A stretch of DNA of 63,840 bases, counting the filler, from Welwitschia mirabilis (Eukaryota), in assembly GCA_051453625.1 (NCBI GenBank). It is 5 parts of one record of this genome, joined end to end, with 100 filler letters (N's around TTAATTAATTAA, not from the genome) between each part and the next. Parts side by side here need not be neighbours in the genome. Positions count along the whole stretch, not along the records: positions 30,734 to 44,290 come from JBOZIK010000001.1; positions 44,391 to 59,148 come from JBOZIK010000001.1; 3 more parts are not named here. One strand, 5' to 3'. Made by a program: the position numbers and the translations under genes. Positions 39,676-52,091 of this stretch are shown in pieces; within the stretch, counting starts at the first letter, position 1, and each line of letters starts with the position of its first letter. The notes beneath the pieces are model-generated. The model saw nothing but the letters and a program-made list of their open reading frames with translations, searched no databases and was not told where the DNA came from.

Positions 39676-42540
39676 TTAACATACTTAATATTCAAGTAAA
39701 TAAGGTTTACAAAATATGGGATATGATATTTATGCAAGTAATGGTGATTGTGGTTTAATGTTTTCTTCATTGATGTTGCTTATTAAATCATCCTCTATTG
39801 TATAAATTTCTAGTTTATAGTATCCATCAAATGATTTCTTACTTAGTATTGATTAATAATTATTTGATGTATCTAATCCTACTCTTAGGTATATCCTATT
39901 TGCACATAATTGATTACTCTAAAGGCATTTTTAAACTCAAGATCTTCTTGGATTTCTTCATAGGTTTTGTCATGGTTTTATTCAAGGTTCTCTTCTTCAT
40001 TTCTAAGGAATATGGTTTGGGTATCATTGATTTTCATCTCATTAATTCCTTCAAAGTTTTTAAGGAAATTAGGTTTCTTTCATGTAAAAAGGTCTTCTTC
40101 TTATTTTTATAGTTAATAGCCCTAAGGATTTAATCATTAGTTTGAGATATTTATTAAAGAATTTGTTTAACATTTTACTTGCTTTTATTGATGGTTTCTT
40201 CCAAAGATTGAGAATGGATCTAAAGTATGTTGGAAGATAAGTGGAAGTAGCTTTTAAAAATATTTAGAATGTATCTTTAAAGGAAGATGAGATGACTTGT
40301 TAGATATATGAGAATGATGGGTAGTGGTAAAATGATTAAAAAACATTAAAATAAAGGGTAAGGGTCAAAAGATGATGAATATGAAAATAAGGACAAAGGA
40401 TATAGATTGTTAGAAGTAGTGATGGGCATGGGATTAAAATTTTATGGGTTGATATAAAGGTATTAAAACTCATCATTATAAAGATATTTATCTAGATATG
40501 AATAGGGTTGAAGATACTCTTCAATGATATGCTTGGATCAAATGAAGTATCCAATAGTATGTTTTAATTGATCATGATTCTAAAAGATGTAAGGATAAAT
40601 AGGTTGTTATTCAAAAGATGTTTGAAAAGGGTTAGAAGTCTATATCATTTCTAAGTTGTAAAAAAATAGTTACCATTTTGGCTAAAGATTATATTTTCTT
40701 AACATTTTATACTTTTAATGAAATCCTATAATTAGAGAAGTTTCAGAGAGATGATGTGAGGTTTTTATTCAAGTTACAAAGGGTTCTAAGCAAGAACACT
40801 AGCATTGTTAGCTAGGTTCAGTAGTGGTACTAGTCCTTTGATGAGAAATAGTTTGAAAAAGGATATATTTTATATTATGGTTAGCAAATAGGTTTCAAGT
40901 TAAAAGGTTTTAGAAAAATTTAATGAAAAACACAAATTAACTATAACTTTAAAATTGTACCCTAGGAAAATAAACCTATATATCTTTTATTTTATTAAAA
41001 TTTTACAAAAAAATAGAACAAAAGTAAAATATTTATAAAAATTTATAGGAAATAATAGAATACAAATTACACAAAAAAAATCATTAGAATTCAAATTTAG
41101 TTTTTCTTCTTCATGATATCGATTTTTGTTTCAACCTATGAAAAAGTTGTTTTATCTTCAACATGAAATTTTAGTTATATAAATATGTTTTTAGATTAGA
41201 AGAAAACCTAAAAAAAATTCAAAATGAATTAGATCATTTTAAGTTTTACTACAAAAGGACTAAACCCTAAATAGTATATTTAGTTATTAAATAAATAGCA
41301 TAATGGGGATACCTATGTGTTATGTTTAATTTAGATTATTTTAACTATTTTCTATTTTTCTTAATGATTAGATCCATTGTTTATGGATCTAATCCTATAT
41401 TATTAGACTAAACTATTGTATATATAAGAATCAATGATTAATAAAAAGTATTGACTGAATTTTTAAAGATCCTTATTCCCAATGCCTTTGAATTTTCTAG
41501 GCTTAGGGGTTTTCAAATCCTATAATTAGTATTAGAGTGGTTTAAGGATTGCTTGCATTTCTAGCCTTATGATCTTATCTATTTGAATAAGAACACTATC
41601 TATATTACTCATGCAACATCCTCTTGCAATAACCTTCATGATTGGATATGAGCCATTAATTATTAGATCCTATTAAAACTCTTTACTCAATTTTAATAGT
41701 GTGGACTACCTTTTAAAAGAGATTATGCTAAGCATCCCAATGAAAGAAAAGAAGGCATCAGCTATTGTGTCCATGCTCATGGATGTTCTTCTTTGTCATC
41801 TTTCTTTACAAACATTTACTTTCTAGTACCCATTTCAAATTCTCTTAGTGAAGGCCTCAAAAGCATCATAAGAATCCTAAAGCATGGTTATGGCAATAGT
41901 CACATCTGCATAATTCATCATCATGCTTTAAATCTTATCAATGAAATAGATAACAAGGTTGCCATGTTAAGTTTTCTAGAGAAAATAAATCCACATCCAA
42001 AAAAAAAAACTTTGCATATGAAATACTATTATTATCATATCCTTAAGCATTAAAGACCAAATTATTTATGATTTATTAATAATGGATGCATAGAATTTCC
42101 ATCTACATAAGATAAAAAGGTTGAACTATTAAAATACTAGATGTCAAATTCTTATAAAAGGTAGATCTAGAGGAAAGAATCATATTTATTTCAATGTAAA
42201 TGAGGCCCACAACTAGGTTTAGCCCACATTGAACAACCTACATAATAGAGAATCCAATTTTAGAAAGTCAGTCCATAAATGCCCAATACTATTTCCTTTC
42301 TTACATTATCCAAACTAATATTTTAGGTCTACAATATGCAAGCCTCTTACTTATTATTTGATTACTTACATTCCTTTCATAATTTTTTACTTTTCATACC
42401 CTTCTATTGCATTTATTAATATTTGTAAAGAAAAGTAATAAAATTATCAATTTATTTGAGTGGTGAGGGAGGATAATTTAAGTCGGGAAATGCATTTTAA
42501 TTAATTTAAAATTACTAAACCTTTAAAATGAAAATAAACA

Positions 42541-42909
42541 AAGATATTCAAGTGTTTAGTGGTAAAAACTTCCATGCTTAGAAGGTTAAAATCAAGTATT
42601 ATTGATTAATAAAGGTGTAGGAAAGGTAACTAGTGGTAAGTATCCTAAGCCATCAGATGCTAATAAAATTGATGATTGGGAAGATATAGATCAAGAGGCA
42701 TTATTATTAATTGGTTTAAGTATTGAATATGATTATCTTTACCATATTGTTGTAAGTAAGAAATCATAAGAAATATGGGATCAACTAAATAAACTTTTTG
42801 GATTTGATGAAGATGAAGCTAAATAAGATTTAAAATGTTAGTTTTATAACTTAAAATTAGGATAATCAAGAGATATGAATCAACACATTAATTATTTTCA
42901 ATCTCTACT
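42541..42909 (+). pseudogene. Degenerate Ty1/copia gag, related to 75-556, truncated by an LTR insertion
   Basis: VFSGKNFHA*KVK...KYPKPSDANKIDDWEDIDQEALLLIGLSIEYDYLYHI...EIWDQLNKLFG...DMNQHINYFQSLL. Confidence 0.85.
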
Positions 42910-44290
42910 TGATGGGATTAAGAACCCTAAAGAGGGGTGAATATGTTCTTAAAATTACAACACAGTATTCTAAATGAATTCAAGGTAAATTAAAAACTTA
43001 CATAAAATAATTCACTAATCCAAAGCATGCATGAAAAGAAAAGTTAATAGAAGTAAAGAAATAACTAACTAAAAGCACAAAAGTATCAAAAGGATGCATG
43101 CAAGATTTATAGTGGTTTGGAAAACCCTGTACTTCACTCTCGATGATCATCTTATTCCCAATCTTGATCCGAATCTTTATTACTTCATTAGGTATTCTAG
43201 GTTCACCTAAAACCTTTACAAATATACTTTTATAGGCTTAGATTTAACTTTTGAATAGACTTTTTAAGGTTTAGTCTTAGCCTTTGAATGGAACTTTCAA
43301 AGCTTAGTCTCAACCTTTCACAATATAAAGTAGTAATGCAATAATGCCAATATGCATGGATATTACTCATTCTTGATATAGTGGATTTGATAGAGCTCTT
43401 CTCCTATAGATGTATGATAGATGAAGCATAGGATCTAATCTTGAATGAAGAGATAATATAGATAGTAGATCTTCCTTAGTCAAAAGTACAGATACCAAGA
43501 CACAATCATGAATATCACAAGATTACAGTTCTTGTTTCTTATATCCAACAAATTAACACAATTGAAAAATGGTTCTAAAGGATTTTATAGTCATCTATCT
43601 CTTAGCTATTTATATTGGAAGGCTTTTAGGGTTTATTACATTTAAAATGTGCTTCAAATGATTATAAATGACTAAAAACCTCTATCTAATGGATACATAA
43701 TGAATAGAAAATTTTGGTTTCATTTCATCTTAGTTGACCCCTCAAAAGTTCAGTTAACCTCATCTAGTGCCATGACTTACATAGATCGCTTGAGTGAAAA
43801 TTTTGATTACCTTAATTTCTTATTGCTTCATGTTTGGTCGACCCCATCTGGCTCTAGTTGACTTTAGTTTGGTCATCTACAATAACATTTGATCATCCTC
43901 TTATCTTAATAAAAATCTTTCTAGTTTCAAACATCAGTTCCGATTGACTCCTTTAAGTGCCCGGTCAACCGCATGATGATCAGCTTAAGAGTATTAACTA
44001 TATAATTATTAGGTCTGGTTGATCCCATTATAGGTCTAGTTAACCCCTTGATAATTAGTTCAGAAGTACTATTTCTTAGTTCATATATCTGATAGACCCC
44101 ATCAAAGATACGATCGATCCCTTATCATTCAGTCCAAGGATACCATTTATTAGATCCTCAAATCCAGTCGACCTCATAAAGGTCTGATCGACCCCTTGCT
44201 ATTCAGTTTAGGAACACTGGTTCTTGAGGTTATAATTCTTGTCAATCCCATTAGAAATCTGGTTAATCCCTCTAGATGTAGTTCATTTTG
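42910..44290 (-). mobile_element. Sirevirus/Maximus-like LTR, 3' part
   Basis: Minus-strand end ATTCACCCCTCT...CCCATCA (C-rich integrase-signal motif; agaggggtgaat at 42931-42942). About a dozen decayed GGTCGACCCC motifs lie in 43730-44270. Confidence 0.7.
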
Positions 44291-44390
44291 NNNNNNNNNN
44301 NNNNNNNNNNNNNNNNNNNNNNNNNNNNNNNNNNTTAATTAATTAANNNNNNNNNNNNNNNNNNNNNNNNNNNNNNNNNNNNNNNNNNNN
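44291..44390. other. Artificial scaffold-joining linker
   Basis: N44-TTAATTAATTAA-N44. Confidence 0.97.
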
Positions 44391-44805
44391 AATATGTTTT
44401 GCATCTCATCCAAATGACTCAAAAATTTTGTTCCTTCCTTTATTTTTGTAGTAAAAGCTTGGCTAAGGACGACATACCTATTTATCATAGATGGTTGATC
44501 GTGCTGGTCTTTCAACTTTTGCTAGAGTTCCTGTGTAGTTAGAACTCTTAAATGAGCCTTCAAAATTCTATTGCTGCGACAGGGGCGAATGAGAGACAAG
44601 GCATTGGAATTTATCTTGCCCATTTGGCATCTGGCATGAAGGCCAACTGAGCAGTATTGTCCATCGTCAGACCTGTCTTTGTTTATGCTTTCGTTTTTAG
44701 AGCAAGTTTACATCCCTTTTGCTGCAGAATGTCTTCCATCAAGATTTTCCACACAACCCAATTTTCTCGGCCCGAAAGTTTGTTTCTTGTTTGCAAATGC
44801 TCCAT
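44391..44805 (-). pseudogene. Ty1/copia (Tork/Tnt1-like) gag N-terminus
   Basis: MEHLQTRNKLSGRENWVVWKILMEDILQQKG...KW/frameshift/NALSLIR...TTQEL*QKLKDQHDQPSMINRY...KIKEGTKFLSHLDEMQNI. Confidence 0.75.
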
Positions 44806-45728
44806 GTGAAACTCTAGCACTTCGATGTGGACTTGCTAAGAAAAATTTCACTCGCATGCTTCGCAAAGGGCTCGCTACATTTGCAACTTGCTCGCTACAC
44901 TTGCAACTCTCTCGCTTCACTCACGGAAATGCCTTTTGCGTCGTTCACTCATGCGTTGTGGATCGAAACGTGACCAAAACTTCATACAAGATACAATAAT
45001 CCAGATACACATATCCAAGTTTCAGTAATCCAAGAATGTACAGTGAACAAAATGCTCTGTCGTAAGGGTGTCAAAAATACCCATTTGTCTAGAGGTTCAT
45101 TCCTATGGCCAATAGGAACCCTTTAGATGGGATAAGCCCTCTGAAGTCGCGAGACATCATGTCATGCACAACTAGACAGGTCACAAACATTACCCTAATC
45201 ACTCTGACAGCTCACTCCCGTGGCCAGTGGACCCCTTAGGTGGCACAACCCCTAAGGCCACATAATTTGGTATCTTAGTAAGTTTTAAGCATAGAATTAA
45301 ATTCATGGCCAAGTTAATACATGTGTAAAAAGAAACTTACAAGAACAAACTAAAATTGATGAAACATGTAAAGAATCCAAGAATTAATTGGAACATACAA
45401 GAAATAAATGGAAGTCCATAAACCATATAAGAAAATAATCGAAGAAACATAACCACACTAAAATCAAGATGAAGATTTGAAAACTTGTAGAGATCCAAAG
45501 TTCCAAGGCTCCAAAGCTTTTCCAAGCTCCAAGATTAAAGTCATCAAGATTTGATAGAAAGAGCTTCTCCAAGATGTAAAATAAGAGGGAAGGAAGGTCT
45601 TATTTATAACAGAGGATGAAGGTTGTGAAGAGACACCATCATAGAAGGGAGTGGTGAAGGTGGAAGAAGCGGTGGACGTGGTGTGGTGGAAGTGGTGTAA
45701 GTGGTGTGGTGAAAGTACTTCAAACCTT

Positions 45729-46760
45729 GCTCTGATACCACTTGTTACAAACCTAATAAGAAGAAAGTACTGAAACAAAATNNNNNNNNNNNNNNNNNNN
45801 NNNNNNNNNNNNNNNNNNNNNNNNNNNNNNNNNNNNNNNNNNNNNNNNNNNNNNNNNNNNNNNNNNNNNNNNNNNNNNNNNNNNNNNNNNNNNNNNNNNN
45901 NNNNNNNNNNNNNNNNNNNNNNNNNNNNNNNNNNNNNNNNNNNNNNNNNNNNNNNNNNNNNNNNNNNNNNNNNNNNNNNNNNNNNNNNNNNNNNNNNNNN
46001 NNNNNNNNNNNNNNNNNNNNNNNNNNNNNNNNNNNNNNNNNNNNNNNNNNNNNNNNNNNNNNNNNNNNNNNNNNNNNNNNNNNNNNNNNNNNNNNNNNNN
46101 NNNNNNNNNNNNNNNNNNNNNNNNNNNNNNNNNNNNNNNNNNNNNNNNNNNNNNNNNNNNNNNNNNNNNNNNNNNNNNNNNNNNNNNNNNNNNNNNNNNN
46201 NNNNNNNNNNNNNNNNNNNNNNNNNNNNNNNNNNNNNNNNNNNNNNNNNNNNNNNNNNNNNNNNNNNNNNNNNNNNNNNNNNNNNNNNNNNNNNNNNNNN
46301 NNNNNNNNNNNNNNNNNNNNNNNNNNNNNNNNNNNNNNNNNNNNNNNNNNNNNNNNNNNNNNNNNNNNNNNNNNNNNNNNNNNNNNNNNNNNNNNNNNNN
46401 NNNNNNNNNNNNNNNNNNNNNNNNNNNNNNNNNNNNNNNNNNNNNNNNNNNNNNNNNNNNNNNNNNNNNNNNNNNNNNNNNNNNNNNNNNNNNNNNNNNN
46501 NNNNNNNNNNNNNNNNNNNNNNNNNNNNNNNNNNNNNNNNNNNNNNNNNNNNNNNNNNNNNNNNNNNNNNNNNNNNNNNNNNNNNNNNNNNNNNNNNNNN
46601 NNNNNNNNNNNNNNNNNNNNNNNNNNNNNNACCCTTTAACATGTTTATATAGCCTTAGGGTTAGGGTTACAAGCCAATCCCTTTTACAACTTTAAATAGG
46701 GGTCAATTTTAAAACGTAACATTTCAACATAAATAATAGATTTGGCTTCACATATCAACA
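45729..46760 (-). mobile_element. tRNA-iMet PBS (45729-45740) and 5' LTR (45743-46760, gapped) of that copia element
   Basis: Exact gctctgatacca. Minus-strand LTR termini TGTTGA...TAACA; its 5' end resembles the LTR at 59808. Confidence 0.8.
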
Positions 46761-47009
46761 CCAGTGAGTGTAGAGGTGTAATAGTCTGAAAGCTTTGGGA
46801 CAATATGAAGATTACAGAGAATGCTTCTTATTTTGAAATTTAATTTCAAAGTTTCCAATACGAAATTGACGCGGATTTTACCCATCTTCTTGGATACAAT
46901 AATAGTTGCATAGTCATTGATTTGGGGGCAAGAACCTTGCCAAAAATCTCGACGAGTAGTATTACGTTTGCTTTGGTAAAATAATTTGATACTCTTTCTT
47001 GCAAAATTG

Positions 47010-47410
47010 TAGTAGAAAATAAATGGACAATCAACAAAGAACAAAATGAGCAAGGACAAGAACACATTTAACGTGTTTGGGGTGCTTTCTATTGTACATC
47101 CATGAACAATGTGGAGCTCTTGTTATTAATGGAAATGTTAGGGACATTAGCCATCCTTAATAGTTAGGCATCAACACTCAAGATGAGAAAAAGACTCTTA
47201 CCTCCATGTCTCCAAACTAGAGACGCACCCCCTTTTATAACAAATATAGGGCTAAAAATCTTAACAAAATGATCTAACATTAACCTGTTTTAGTTACTTT
47301 TAATAACCCACTACAAACAAGTCATAAAAGGGTTTGATGCATAGTATAGCTGATTCAACCCATGTTTTTAAGTTGTGAGCTTCAACACCTTGTCTTTGAA
47401 TCCTATGGTG
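47010..47410 (-). mobile_element. Solo-LTR-like dispersed repeat; a second, interrupted copy lies at about 55820-56010 plus 57470-57575
   Basis: Shared aatggaaatgt.a.ggaca.tagccatccttaatagtt.g..atcaaca.tcaagatgag and ttttaataa....tacaaacaagt.ataaaa. Confidence 0.6.
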
Positions 47411-47939
47411 TAGGGGTTGGCTCAGAGTTTGTAGTTCGTAGCCATGTCTTCAATGTTCATCCATGTGTAGGCTTCAACTTCTTGGGTATGAATTACAAAC
47501 GTGACTTCGATCTTCAGTGGCTAGCCTCCCATGTATTTTCATTTGACCAAGCAAACTAGCCATCCTAGAGAGTGTGCTAGAGTGGTATGGTATTCCAATG
47601 AATTAACTTCTCTTCCAAATTAAAAAAAAAAAAAAAGAAAAAAAGAACAAGAAGAAGAAGAAAGAAAGAAAGAAAGGAAAAAAACAAAATGTAAATAATA
47701 GAACATGGGGATCCATATACAAACAACCAATCTTAATGCAAAGGGAACAAATGAGGCAATTAAAGATTTGACTTTATTATATCAATCAAGAAAACATGTA
47801 GATGGCACTCTGACTATCACCATGCATAACACATTTTTGTCATTTCTGCCCGAGGAAACTAATAAAATCACACAGCTACATCTCCTTGCAATCTTCAGAC
47901 AAGGCCGCATTTTGTGCTTCGATGGTGGACAAAGTTCAA

Positions 47940-48480
47940 AAGGTTGTAGCCTAGATGACTAGCTGATTGGTCAACCACTTAAAACACAATTATAGCATGT
48001 TGTAGATCCTTCGGAGTCACAATTGGTTCCAAAAATTAGCATTCACGTAACCATGGACATTTAAATTTTCTCTCTCAAAGCATAGACTTCCAAATTGTGC
48101 GCCTTTTAGGTATCCTAGAATCCACTTACATCCAACCAATGCTTCTAGCCAAATTACTTATAAACCTACTAACAATGCTAACAACATATGCAATATCATG
48201 CGGAGTATGTACCATGGCATACATAAGTGGCCCAACAATTGACATGTAAGGGGTATTTTTCTTCCTTCAGCCTCTTCTTTTGAACATGCACAATCATCTT
48301 TGGACAACTGAAAATGGAAAGCCAAAGTAGTCTTCATAAGCTTGGCATGCCACAATGCTCCAAAACCTTTCCTATATAATCGACTTAGCCACAACTTTCT
48401 CATGAGTCACTAGTAATTTCATAAAAGAGCCTTTGGGTTTACCTCATTTAAATCATAATGTAATGTCATAACAATTATTT
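47940..48480 (-). pseudogene. Ty1/copia RT C-terminus and RNase H start (Tork-like)
   Basis: Across frameshifts: KLWLS..YIGKVLE..LAFHFQLSKDDC...PYMSIVGPLMYAMVHTPHDIAYVVSIVSRF...KWILGYLKG...GYVNANF...STT...IS*SSRLQ. Confidence 0.85.
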
Positions 48481-50680
48481 GTCCTACTTTAGCCTTAACT
48501 GACTCCATTAAACAACATGCATGTACTCTTGACATTAATGTTTATGAGCAGCCTTTAAAATTGGTCGTACATTGTAGATTAGTTAACAAGCCCAATGATG
48601 AACAAAACACTCTTAATTCTCTTGAAAAGTGGTTATGAGACCATGACGCAAGGCCTCACAATTCTATGAAGTAACATTGTAACGTCATAATGTTGTAAGT
48701 CCTTGTGATTTGCTTGAACAAGTCCCTTGACGAAAGATGATACTATTTTTTACTTTTTGTTGCTTTTTCTACACTTGTGTTAGAGAGGTTCTTCTATGCC
48801 GTTTGATGTTTCTTTCCTTTGGTACCATTATTATCCCTTTTTCTGTTCTCGTAAGCTTAGAGACTTTAATTCTATAGCTAACATCTACCATTAAAAATCA
48901 GGATTCTTTTCGTTGTAAGATCTAATTTCCTTATTTTAATCTTTCATTTTTATTGAAAATGTAAGAAATGCATGGACAAGCAAGAAATTGTAATTAACTT
49001 TGCTAGTATGCGTCAAAATATTTGTGGAAGGCCAATGTAAGAAGAATATATGTTACAGATCTCTCTTGTGCTGATTTGAAGAAATGGAAGTAACTAAAGA
49101 ATACATTGGCTTTTCCAAACTTTGTTTTAATCCCTATGAAATAGTGAAAGTGGTTTTGTGTTTAGGAAACTCTTCTAAGGGCTTGAAAAATTTGGTAGGT
49201 TCCTTAGGTGGTTTCGTTCCTTTAAAATCAAGCCTTTTATTATGAGGGTGTGATGAAACTAAACCTCAACTTGATTAGGTTTTCTTAGCAAACTTTGCCC
49301 TTGGGTGCTGGCCTTACAAGCTTATTGAGCTTGAGAAACTGTGACTTGCACATGACCTAGCATGTCATGGAGAATTATAGTACCCTGGACTTGTTTTTGA
49401 TTGGACAAGGGAGCAGCATACTTACTACATAGTGCTTTGGCTTATTGGTGGCTGGAGTCTACAGGTATATGCCTTATGGTGAGAATTGAAGATTAGAAAG
49501 TCAATTGTGTGTTCTAAACAAGGTGGCCAAGTCATGGCTTGGTACTTTAGATGGGGTGGTCTTTGACTTGTGACTCAGCACTGCCTTTGCCAACTCAGCA
49601 AAGAACCCACTCACTTGGCAACTCAAAAAAGGAAAAAAAGCTAACAATTGAGTAAATTGAGATGTACTACAGTTACTGACAACACGCTTTCTTTACTAAG
49701 CTTCAACATTGTAAAGAAAACTATTAAATGATAGGACAACATGCAGCAGCATTTAATGTCACATGAAACAAAGATGACAGTAGTGATTCATCCTACCTTT
49801 TCATTATGCAGATTGTAAAGTCACTGAAACATTAAAGATGGAAATTGAAAATTCAAAATCTTAAATGATATTCAATGTTTCTAAAATACCAAAGAGCATT
49901 CAATTGATCTGTCATAGTTTTAGGAATTAACTACAAAAAATTACAAAACGCAAATGCCACAGTAATTAGTATGACCATTTCTTCTTGTGAAATGCATGGA
50001 ATGAAAATAAACAAAGCAAAAATCAAGTTAGTCAGTAAGTCTTCAATGTTGGGCTCATGCATTGCAAGTGAAACTTTATAAATTGGAGGGTCAAAAACTC
50101 ATGACTTTTTCTGGATCTAACTTTAAGGAAACCTTTGCAATCGATAAGCTTGGGTAAGCAGTCCTTTGTTTCATGCTGATCTTAGGGAATTTGATCCTAT
50201 GTCTAATATATGTACTTTAGATCTAATTTCTTGCCAATGCTTTTTTTATTTAGTCAAAATTTCCCTATGACTTAATTGAAGTGCTTGCAAGTATCAAAGT
50301 ATCTTCTTGTGAAGTCTGTCTGAATGTACTATTAACGTTATCTCCTATAGTGTTGGCAACAACGTAAAATTCTGGGGTGCTAATGAATTGAAATATTCAT
50401 CTTTCATGATTTGCAGAGAAAACATTGATTCAAAATTTCAGCTGTTAAACAACCCACAAAGAGGAAGGTTTCCATGCAACTAATGTCAATGAATGTAACC
50501 CTTCATTGTAGGAATGATGAAAAATTTAAGAAGCTTAGCATCAGGAAATTTAGGAAGCAGCGCATTAGGTGGGGGAGAGTTTGAATAAGCAGAGAATATC
50601 TTATGTTCCAAGAAAGTGTTATTTTATCGTTACCATGGAATGCTAATTTTACCAAATATATATGGTGAAATAAACAACAC

Positions 50681-51600
50681 CAGTGTTGCAAGACTAACGG
50701 CGAGTCTGCGAGTACTTTCCAAGTCATAAGTCTCTAAAGGCTGCCAAGTCGGTTTCATCAAAACTCACTGAGTCCAAGTCTTCTTGAAAAACCTGTGGGT
50801 CTCTATGAATCTTGAGGGTCTGCGAGCCTGCACGAGACTCACTGAGTTTGCATGGGTCAACGAAGGGGGGAAATGACTTTGAAAAACACTTTTTAAAAAA
50901 AATATCTAGTGGGGCCTAACAACATTTTAGAGCATAAAACAACCTTTTTCCTCTTTCCAACACAAACTTCACTCATTGTGGATTGGGAGGGGAGAGTTTT
51001 GCAGTATAACACACCTTGTAAACTCCAAAATTTACAAGTCAAAATTTGTCATTTTACTGTGTATTTATTGTTTGTTATTTTTTTACATGTTACTCTTCAC
51101 AATGTTACTTGTTAAACCAGTTTATTTCAAAGTAGAAATACAATTTCAATCTATTTTTCTTCACTTTGAAACTTTAGACGGTGAGGCTGTTAGGGTTTGG
51201 TTTCTATAAAATATTATAAATTTGTTTGTTTATTTTGTTGTTCTCCATTGTTTTTGAAGAATCTTAGACACTATTTTTTAGTTGAAAAGTATGCGAAAAA
51301 GAACATTTTAGTATTTCACTATTTTAGAGTTTTGGTTTTATATAACTATTGGTATATGTGATTTCTATGGCTATGATTTACAAAACTATTTTGTAAAACA
51401 TATCAATGCATGATGTATTTTACATTTAAATGTCTTAATGTAGTGTAGGAAGTCTAAAAATGTCATTAAAAACCTTAAAATTGTATTTAGTGACTCTTTT
51501 TCACTCCTAGGTCTATGCCAAGTTAGTTCTTGAGCCGAGCTGAGTCATGAGTGTTTTTCCCTAGCTGAGTCGGGTCACGAGTCCGAGTCTTTCAACACTG
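50681..51600. mobile_element. Non-autonomous hAT-type DNA transposon (920 bp)
   Basis: TIRs CAGTGTTGCAAGACT and CAGTGTTGAAAGACT (rc). Flanking 8-mers aacaacac/aataatac differ by 2 C/T changes. Subterminal gagtc repeats. Confidence 0.85.
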
Positions 51601-51718
51601 AATAATACTATTGCTAACTGGAGGCTTTAGAACTCATGTAAACTAGGTGGTTGTTAAGGCTAAAACACATATTATATTTTATTACGTTAAAGGGAAAATA
51701 AAAATATGATATAAATAC

Positions 51719-52091
51719 CATAGTTGTATTGGGCGGATCGGACCTTGGATTGCGCTCAAAATGAGAACGCATTACATCAGGATGGGATCGCGATTCCTGA
51801 TTCCACAGGCCAAAAAAACGGATTCCACCAGAAAAAACCGATTTTTAGACAAAACATTCCAGCTTTTTTTCAAATCAATCTCCGAATTTTCTTCAAAACA
51901 AAAATGGATTCCAGAGGCAGAAAAAATGGATTCCACAGGGAAAAACCGATTTTTTTAATAAAACACTATGTTTAATTTTTTTAATTGATGCGATCTGCAG
52001 CAATCCGTAAAACGATCTAGAGCTATCCAGTGATCCAAGATCTCCTAATCAGAAAAATGCTTCACGTTCTGCTCCGATCCATCTAACTATG
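51719..52091. mobile_element. hAT-type MITE (373 bp)
   Basis: Termini CATAGTT...AACTATG, perfect 8-bp TSD ATAAATAC, subterminal GATC-rich motifs, and an internal repeat aaaaa.ggattccac..gaaaaaccgattttt present twice. Confidence 0.9.

Noticed and set aside
39700..42500. Possible LINE or gypsy coding remnants
   Set aside because: Too decayed; no motif could be confirmed by manual translation.
7303..46642. Long ORFs in the track (e.g. 7303, 18645, 26602, 29099, 33369, 37584, 45464)
   Set aside because: They are read-throughs of N gaps (poly-X), not coding evidence.
50401..50470. Possible upstream TMEM120 exon (ttgcag agaaaacatt)
   Set aside because: The translation does not continue as RENIL..NGSDIRPW.
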